This document shows, one piece after another, positions 58,491-64,000 of a stretch of DNA of 64,000 bases; positions within the stretch are counted from its first letter, which is position 1, and each line of letters opens with the position of its first letter. Both the position numbers and the translations under genes were made by a program. Source of the stretch: an uncultured Methanosarcinaceae archaeon. Its GTDB lineage: Archaea; Halobacteriota; Methanosarcinia; Methanosarcinales; Methanosarcinaceae. The notes below the pieces were generated by a model. That model did not search any database. It saw only the letters and a program-made list of their open reading frames with translations, and was not told the origin of the DNA. The stretch is from NCBI GenBank assembly GCA_963733675.1, contig CAVTET010000012.1, forward strand, positions 32,001 to 96,000, read 5' to 3'.

Positions 58491-59738
58491 TCACACATCC
58501 ACAAAGCCAGAAGCAAGCAAAGCTGCTCCTACAGCTCCTATTAAGTGGGAATTTTCCGGCACAATGACATTGAGCTTAAGGAGCTTTGTGAGAGCTTTTG
58601 GAACTCCTTCTATAAGAGAAGATCCACCTACAAGAATCAAAGGCTCTCTAACATCTACTTCCTGCAGTTGCTGTTCGTATATCTGTTCCACAACACTATA
58701 GCAGGCTGCAGCCGCCACATCTTCTGGTGTAGCTCCTTTGGCAAGAGAATTTACGAGAGACTGTATTCCGAAAACTATACAGTAACTATTCATAAATACA
58801 TTTTCTTGCATTCCTTTGACTGCCATAGCTCCAAAATCAGTTATATCTACACCAAGACGCTTTGAGATCATTTCAAAGAAGCGCCCTGAAGCTCCGGCAC
58901 AGATACCTCCCATTGTAAACATTCCAGGAATACCGTCCTCAACTGATATTGCTTTATTGTCCATGCCACCTATATCAATAACTGTTGCAGAACCTTTCTG
59001 CCTATTCGCAAGATAAACAGCTCCCTTAGAGTTTACAGTGATTTCTTCCTGGATAAGTTGTGCTTTGAAGTGGTTTCCTACTAAAAAGCGTCCATACCCA
59101 GTAGTTCCCAAGGCCTGAATTTCTTCTATGGAAACCCCAGCTTCTTTCAGAGCAAGAGAATATGCTTCTTCTGCGCTTTCAATAACTTTTGTTGTAGGCA
59201 CCCAACCTTTGCCTATAATTTTATTATCTTTCATAACCACTGCTTTTGTAGTTGTTGACCCAGAGTCTATTCCTACAGTCAGTCCTGACTGAATCTCTCT
59301 TGTAAGAAGGTGCTTTCGCCTGACAATAGTTGTCAGAGCTTCCAGACGAGTAAGCAAGGTTCCTGCACTGGTGCGTTCGGTAAACGAATAACTAATTACT
59401 GGGATGCTTGAGTTCTTATGGATGTACCTTCGAACCTCATTTCTGACAATAGCCCCTTCAGCACAGCGAAAGCATGTGGTAATAAAAACTCCGTCTACAT
59501 TGGTTGTGCCCTCAACAATAGCTTTTGCACGTGCCATCATGAGCCTCAGGTCTCCGCTTGCAACCTCAAGGCCGAAATCCCTACCTATTGTATCCATGTC
59601 TGCGACGTCAATCTCAGGGTAAACGAACTTTGCATTCACTTTGTCTGCAGCAGATTCAAACTCAGGCTGAACCCCGGAATACTCAGAACCGCAGGATACA
59701 AGAGCAATCTTGACAGGTTTCAGTTCTTCAGAACTCAT
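58491..59738 (-). CDS. Methanogenesis marker protein 15 (ASKHA ATPase, CoA-activase-like)
   Basis: [42 protein letters not shown]. Confidence 0.93.
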   Translation of the reverse strand: MSSEELKPVKIALVSCGSEYSGVQPEFESAADKVNAKFVYPEIDVADMDTIGRDFGLEVASGDLRLMMARAKAIVEGTTNVDGVFITTCFRCAEGAIVRNEVRRYIHKNSSIPVISYSFTERTSAGTLLTRLEALTTIVRRKHLLTREIQSGLTVGIDSGSTTTKAVVMKDNKIIGKGWVPTTKVIESAEEAYSLALKEAGVSIEEIQALGTTGYGRFLVGNHFKAQLIQEEITVNSKGAVYLANRQKGSATVIDIGGMDNKAISVEDGIPGMFTMGGICAGASGRFFEMISKRLGVDITDFGAMAVKGMQENVFMNSYCIVFGIQSLVNSLAKGATPEDVAAAACYSVVEQIYEQQLQEVDVREPLILVGGSSLIEGVPKALTKLLKLNVIVPENSHLIGAVGAALLASGFVDV

Positions 59739-60238
59739 TTTCCGGTCTCCTTTTCTGAAGGTTCTTTATCTGCTACTTTTTCATCATCTCCCAACTTTTC
59801 TTTAGGCAATGATTTCAGAAACTTTGCTATTTTACTTACAAAGTCATGCGCTTCCTCGTCTAACTCTGGATACTTTACCTCTAGAACTGGTATCCCTTTC
59901 GAGCGAATCAAATATTTCATCAGTTCATTAGTACGATTGCAACCAACACAACCGAAGCTTGTAGGTGGATTTTCAACTATTATTGAAGCCTCTGCATCTT
60001 CTATAAGGGGCCCTATTAGGGCCATCCTGCCTCTTACTCCAGGAGGAACTTCAATTGCAGCATACCGAAGTCCTAATTTAGGATCTTCAGGAGTGATATT
60101 TAGAGGGGGAGAATCCAAGCTAATATTTGTAACCTTTTCTCTTATTTGGTTCATAATGACAAGAGGCTTGTGCCCAAAGCGCTCAACAAGGTCAGCCAAA
60201 ATAAGACTATTTACAGGATAAATGAAAACCTTTGCCAA
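59735..60238 (-). CDS. Methanogenesis marker protein 5
   Basis: [42 protein letters not shown]; TTG start after GAGGTGA. Confidence 0.93.
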   Translation of the reverse strand: MAKVFIYPVNSLILADLVERFGHKPLVIMNQIREKVTNISLDSPPLNITPEDPKLGLRYAAIEVPPGVRGRMALIGPLIEDAEASIIVENPPTSFGCVGCNRTNELMKYLIRSKGIPVLEVKYPELDEEAHDFVSKIAKFLKSLPKEKLGDDEKVADKEPSEKETGK

Positions 60239-60242
60239 AAAC

Positions 60243-60686
60243 TCACCTCGCAAGCTCCTCTTCAATAATTTTTTCTAAAACAGAAACTTTAATCCTGGAT
60301 TTCTCATTAACTTTTTCTCTTACAGGTACTTTCTTTTCCAGTTCATCAAGTGCAATTCCTATAGCAGGGAGCATCTTGACCTCTTCTCTAAGGAAATGGA
60401 ATCCCGGCCGTGCCCCCCCTCCAAGAGTTGCACGGCAACGCCTTTCGTCTCCTGCCGGAAATCCTCTATCTTTTATAAAAATGTGATTTTTATCCAGCTG
60501 CCTGATTTTTTCGATCACTGTCTGGACATCCTCCTTCGGTCCTGTTACTATAAGTCCAAAACATGTCTCTTTCACCGTAACCGAGAACTCCGATTCATAG
60601 ATTTTCATAGCTGCATCTGATGGCAGCACTTTATCTGAACTGATTACAATGTACTTTGTAACCGTTTCATTTTTTGTTTCCGTCAT
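60243..60686 (-). CDS. Methanogenesis marker protein 6
   Basis: VKETCFG, KDRGFPAGDERRCRA..GGGARPGFH. Confidence 0.93.
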   Translation of the reverse strand: MTETKNETVTKYIVISSDKVLPSDAAMKIYESEFSVTVKETCFGLIVTGPKEDVQTVIEKIRQLDKNHIFIKDRGFPAGDERRCRATLGGGARPGFHFLREEVKMLPAIGIALDELEKKVPVREKVNEKSRIKVSVLEKIIEEELAR

Positions 60687-60976
60687 CTTTTGTCTCTCCT
60701 CAGCAACGGGAAACTTCAAATTCGATGGATTCCTACCGCGATTCTTCTTAAGCACTCACATTATATTTAGCAAGCACATTACAATGAGTTAACTTACTTA
60801 TTAGCAAGCTTTTAACAAAGTAGCAGCCAGCTTATTTGTTAGTTTTTAATTTACTTTTTATTACCACGATAAAGTATGAATAATACTTTTTATATATTAC
60901 AGCTTTATATTTATTAGATTAGCCATTATCACATCGTCTTCCCTTAAATCTCATTTTCTTAGCATTTTATTTCAGT

Positions 60977-62533
60977 TTACTTGCATAATACTTCACTTAC
61001 GTATATCGCATCTCCTTCCTTGAGATCTTTAAGCTTCGAAGGCTCGATAATCCTTCCTATAAGGTTTGTTGAGGAAAATTTTTCTCCAGTGGGACCGAAC
61101 AGATCATCATCTATAAGTTTGACACCTATAGTCCCCATCCTCTTTGCTGCCTGGTTTGTGATCCCTATTTCTCCAGCAAGTATCTTGTTCATTGGCGTAT
61201 TCTCTGGAAGGATTTCTTTATATTTTACGGTTTCTTTTTCAGTTTTGAACAGGTAAGTATTATCATATACCATGTAGACAGGCAATTTTCCGACTGTTTT
61301 TGTCTTAAGTCCAAGAGAATGACGGAAGAAGTCTACAGATTTAGGTGCTTTCTCAGGGTAAAGTTCAATTTCAATAAGTTTCGCCTTGGACACTGCATAA
61401 GCAGTTACTTTTGCTTCTCCAAGAATTTCCAGTGTTGTAGATGGATCATGACTGACAATTACTGCATCCCTCCCAGTATATCCAGCCTTTATTAGTTCAA
61501 TTCCTATGGAGGAAAGTACGGGATTAATCTCTTCAAAACTATGCCCAAGAAGTATTATCTGTGGAGGGATACTTTCAACTGATATTTTCTGGCCCACTTC
61601 TGCAAGCTTTATGAGTTCAATACCCTTAGTTACATGTCCTACAATCGAATGTACAAGACTTGAAGGCCGTTCTTCTTTGTAGATATAAGTTCTGCCTGTT
61701 CCGTATCCTACTGTGCGGATCGAAATAGCACCCTCGCTCCTCGGCTCAAAATTTTCGTATGGAACAGGTTCTCCTTTAAGGCTATCATCCGAGATAAATG
61801 AGCTAGTAAACACATCTACAGTAAGTGTTCCTTCACGGATCAGGGCATAAAATTGTTCTGCTCCTATTGGAGAGTTTCGGGAAAGCTCAGCCTCAAGATA
61901 AGTAAATATCCCATTCCCATTTTCAAGAGGTGTGGAAAGGTCAGTAGTGAAGGCTTTGTTTGAGAGTTGTTCCCATTCTATAATGGGCTTGATATTCAAA
62001 ATGCTATCATCTCTCGAAAGTGTGAACAAAATTTGTCTTCCGGTTACTATTTCTGCAAATACACTGTCCTTAGGAGCCCCATACTCTGCAGTATGTCTTT
62101 TTCGTGAAAATATAAGGTGAGTATTACTGGGGTCAAAACCTCCTGCACCAAAAAGGACATCAAATGTTTCAAAGCTTTTGACTTCGTGCAAAGGCTTAAT
62201 ATCGGCCTCAAAAGGCCCGAAAGCCAGAGCGTCAGGACTAGCCCAGTGTACAGATTTTCCCTCATATTCTTTAAAATGCTCAGTCCATAATTTTCCTGAG
62301 GGAGACTCGTGATTTTTAAGTTCGATCCTGAATTCCCCCTTAGGAGTATCGATAGCATATTCGGTGATTATCTCCATCCTTTTCGCAGCAGTCTCTTTCA
62401 GAATAACAATTGCTGTATCATCTATGTAGGGAGCTCTGGAAATTTTAAGGACATCTCCAAGGGTAGAGCCTGCAGGTAAAGTGTATTTTTGACCGTTCAC
62501 CTCTACGCTGATCTCATTACTCGTAATCAGCAC
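60977..62533 (-). CDS. Methanogenesis marker protein 3 (start uncertain)
   Basis: 518 aa; APKSVDFFR, GEIGITNQA, FGPTGEKF; between atwA and mmp6. Confidence 0.92.
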   Translation of the reverse strand: MLITSNEISVEVNGQKYTLPAGSTLGDVLKISRAPYIDDTAIVILKETAAKRMEIITEYAIDTPKGEFRIELKNHESPSGKLWTEHFKEYEGKSVHWASPDALAFGPFEADIKPLHEVKSFETFDVLFGAGGFDPSNTHLIFSRKRHTAEYGAPKDSVFAEIVTGRQILFTLSRDDSILNIKPIIEWEQLSNKAFTTDLSTPLENGNGIFTYLEAELSRNSPIGAEQFYALIREGTLTVDVFTSSFISDDSLKGEPVPYENFEPRSEGAISIRTVGYGTGRTYIYKEERPSSLVHSIVGHVTKGIELIKLAEVGQKISVESIPPQIILLGHSFEEINPVLSSIGIELIKAGYTGRDAVIVSHDPSTTLEILGEAKVTAYAVSKAKLIEIELYPEKAPKSVDFFRHSLGLKTKTVGKLPVYMVYDNTYLFKTEKETVKYKEILPENTPMNKILAGEIGITNQAAKRMGTIGVKLIDDDLFGPTGEKFSSTNLIGRIIEPSKLKDLKEGDAIYVSEVLCK

Positions 62534-62574
62534 CTCATTTTAGCATTTTTTTATACAAAAAGGTGGCAGAATAT

Positions 62575-64000
62575 TTATAATTCTTCTGCAGCTTTGATCC
62601 ATTCTTCTTCAGTGAGCTGTGAAAGCACATTCTTCGGTTTCCCTATATCTACAATCTTCCCTTCCCGCATGAGCGCCACACGGTCACAGATCTCGTTTAC
62701 AAAATCCATGTCATGAGAAACGATAAAAAAGGTTTCTCCGATTTCTTCTCTAGCTTTAAGAATGGAGGTTGCCACAGATATCTTAGTAATTGGGTCCATC
62801 GTTCCTGTAGGTTCATCCATTATTACGATCCTCGGCTCCTTTATAAGTACCTGTGCAAGTGCAATTCTATGTCGCTCTCCTTCACTTGTTTCATCAGTCA
62901 TTTTGGGTAAAATAGCTTTTGCTTTTTCTTCTTCAAAGCCTGCAGCTTTGAGCGTGATTAAAGCTTTTCTGACACCAAGTTCGAAAGGCAAGTCCAAGCT
63001 GATAGATTCAGTGAGGTTATCTATTACAGAGCTTTGAGTGTAGAGACCATATTCTTGGTGTAAGAATCCCATATATTTGGTTGCTCTTCCTTTATTTTCG
63101 ACTCCCAGCTTTGTCATATCAACCCATTCGTCTCCCACACGAACCTGAACTCCCCCAGATGTAGGTTGTAAAATTCCCATCAGAATCTTTGAGGTGGTAG
63201 TCTTGCCTGCTCCGCTAACACCGACTAGCCCAAATATTTCGCCTTCTTTTACATCAAAAGAGATTTTATCCACAGCTCTTACTACACCACGATCTACCGA
63301 TATATAACGTTTAGAGAGGTCCTTTACTCGGATTATAGGCTCTCCTATCATTGTGTTCTTTTCTTGCTTCACCATGCATATGCTCTTCATAAAAATTGTA
63401 GAGACCTCAAGAGAGTTCCCCTCTTGAACGATCTCTCCATTTTCAAGGAGAATCGCCTTATCTGCTAGATTTTCGATGACCTCAGGCCAGTGGGAAGTAA
63501 AGATCATGCTCATATTGTAATTCCTTACTGCTTTAATAATTGCATCATGTACTAACTTTGCAGTCATTGGATCGAGGGTACCGGTTGGCTCATCAGCTAT
63601 CAAGAGCAAGGGATTTCTTACCAGCTGTCTCGCAAGTACAACCCTCTGTTTTTCTCCACCTGAAAGTTCTCTTGCAACATGCATCATGCGGTGGCCCAAG
63701 TTTACTTCTTCCAGTAATTCAACTGCTTTTTTTACGGAATTCTGTCCCTGATACCCAATTTCATGTAGGGAGTTTATAACGTTTACAATAACTCTTTCAT
63801 CACCATAAAGAGCAAAGGAACGCTGCAACATGATTGCAATTCTTTTGCTAATATCTTTCCTTATCGGATCATAAAGGGGAAGTTTTATAAAATCAGCTTC
63901 AAAAGCTTCGAATATCTCTCCACAAACCGGACACTTCTGGTTTTTCATACTTGGGCGTTCTATGTATCCGCATTTCTTGCAACGAGCAAGATGGTAAATT
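62575..64000 (-). CDS. atwA: Methyl-coenzyme M reductase system component A2 (5' end outside window)
   Basis: Two ABC domains ([17 protein letters not shown]; [16 protein letters not shown]) and a Zn-ribbon; the frame is open to the window edge. Confidence 0.95.
   Translation of the reverse strand, partial: IYHLARCKKCGYIERPSMKNQKCPVCGEIFEAFEADFIKLPLYDPIRKDISKRIAIMLQRSFALYGDERVIVNVINSLHEIGYQGQNSVKKAVELLEEVNLGHRMMHVARELSGGEKQRVVLARQLVRNPLLLIADEPTGTLDPMTAKLVHDAIIKAVRNYNMSMIFTSHWPEVIENLADKAILLENGEIVQEGNSLEVSTIFMKSICMVKQEKNTMIGEPIIRVKDLSKRYISVDRGVVRAVDKISFDVKEGEIFGLVGVSGAGKTTTSKILMGILQPTSGGVQVRVGDEWVDMTKLGVENKGRATKYMGFLHQEYGLYTQSSVIDNLTESISLDLPFELGVRKALITLKAAGFEEEKAKAILPKMTDETSEGERHRIALAQVLIKEPRIVIMDEPTGTMDPITKISVATSILKAREEIGETFFIVSHDMDFVNEICDRVALMREGKIVDIGKPKNVLSQLTEEEWIKAAEEL

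Noticed and set aside
56319-64000. Methanogenesis marker cluster as a novel system
   Set aside because: Known conserved MCR-activation locus (A2, Mmp3/6/5/15/17/7)

Overview
AT-rich chromosome segment of a Methanosarcina-like methanogenic archaeon (inferred from MC1, MptA, methanogenesis markers and the ribosomal protein set). Intact core blocks are argB, MC1, mptA, DUF2098, marker 14, gatCAB, purSQ, rpl7ae-rps28e-rpl24e-ndk-infB-rps6e and the MCR-activation cluster atwA-mmp3-6-5-15-17-7-CMD. They are separated by heavily decayed accessory DNA: three IS6 copies, MITEs, IS701, ISH3 and IS200/605 scraps, and pseudogenes of TPR, pentapeptide, DUF302 and core methionine synthase genes. The most notable feature lies between gatB and purS (about 35.1-46.05 kb): a tandem set of degenerate, satellite (PICI)-like integrative elements not visible in the ORF track. 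The most complete unit has a stub of a shared protein, an origin-like inverted iteron array, cargo (Cu/Zn SOD), a conserved ~300-bp non-coding block, a terminase-small-subunit-like gene and a convergent tyrosine integrase. The other unit carries a DHH phosphoesterase and DUF302 and keeps only a terS stub. A dif-like att core marks an apparent insertion into a tnpB gene. Also noted: an IS6 transposase broken only by an amber codon (possible pyrrolysine readthrough), a repeated sRNA-like hairpin, apparent non-canonical start codons (MC1, mmp3) and a secreted NlpC/P60 hydrolase. All calls come from reading the sequence by eye; no database searches were run.
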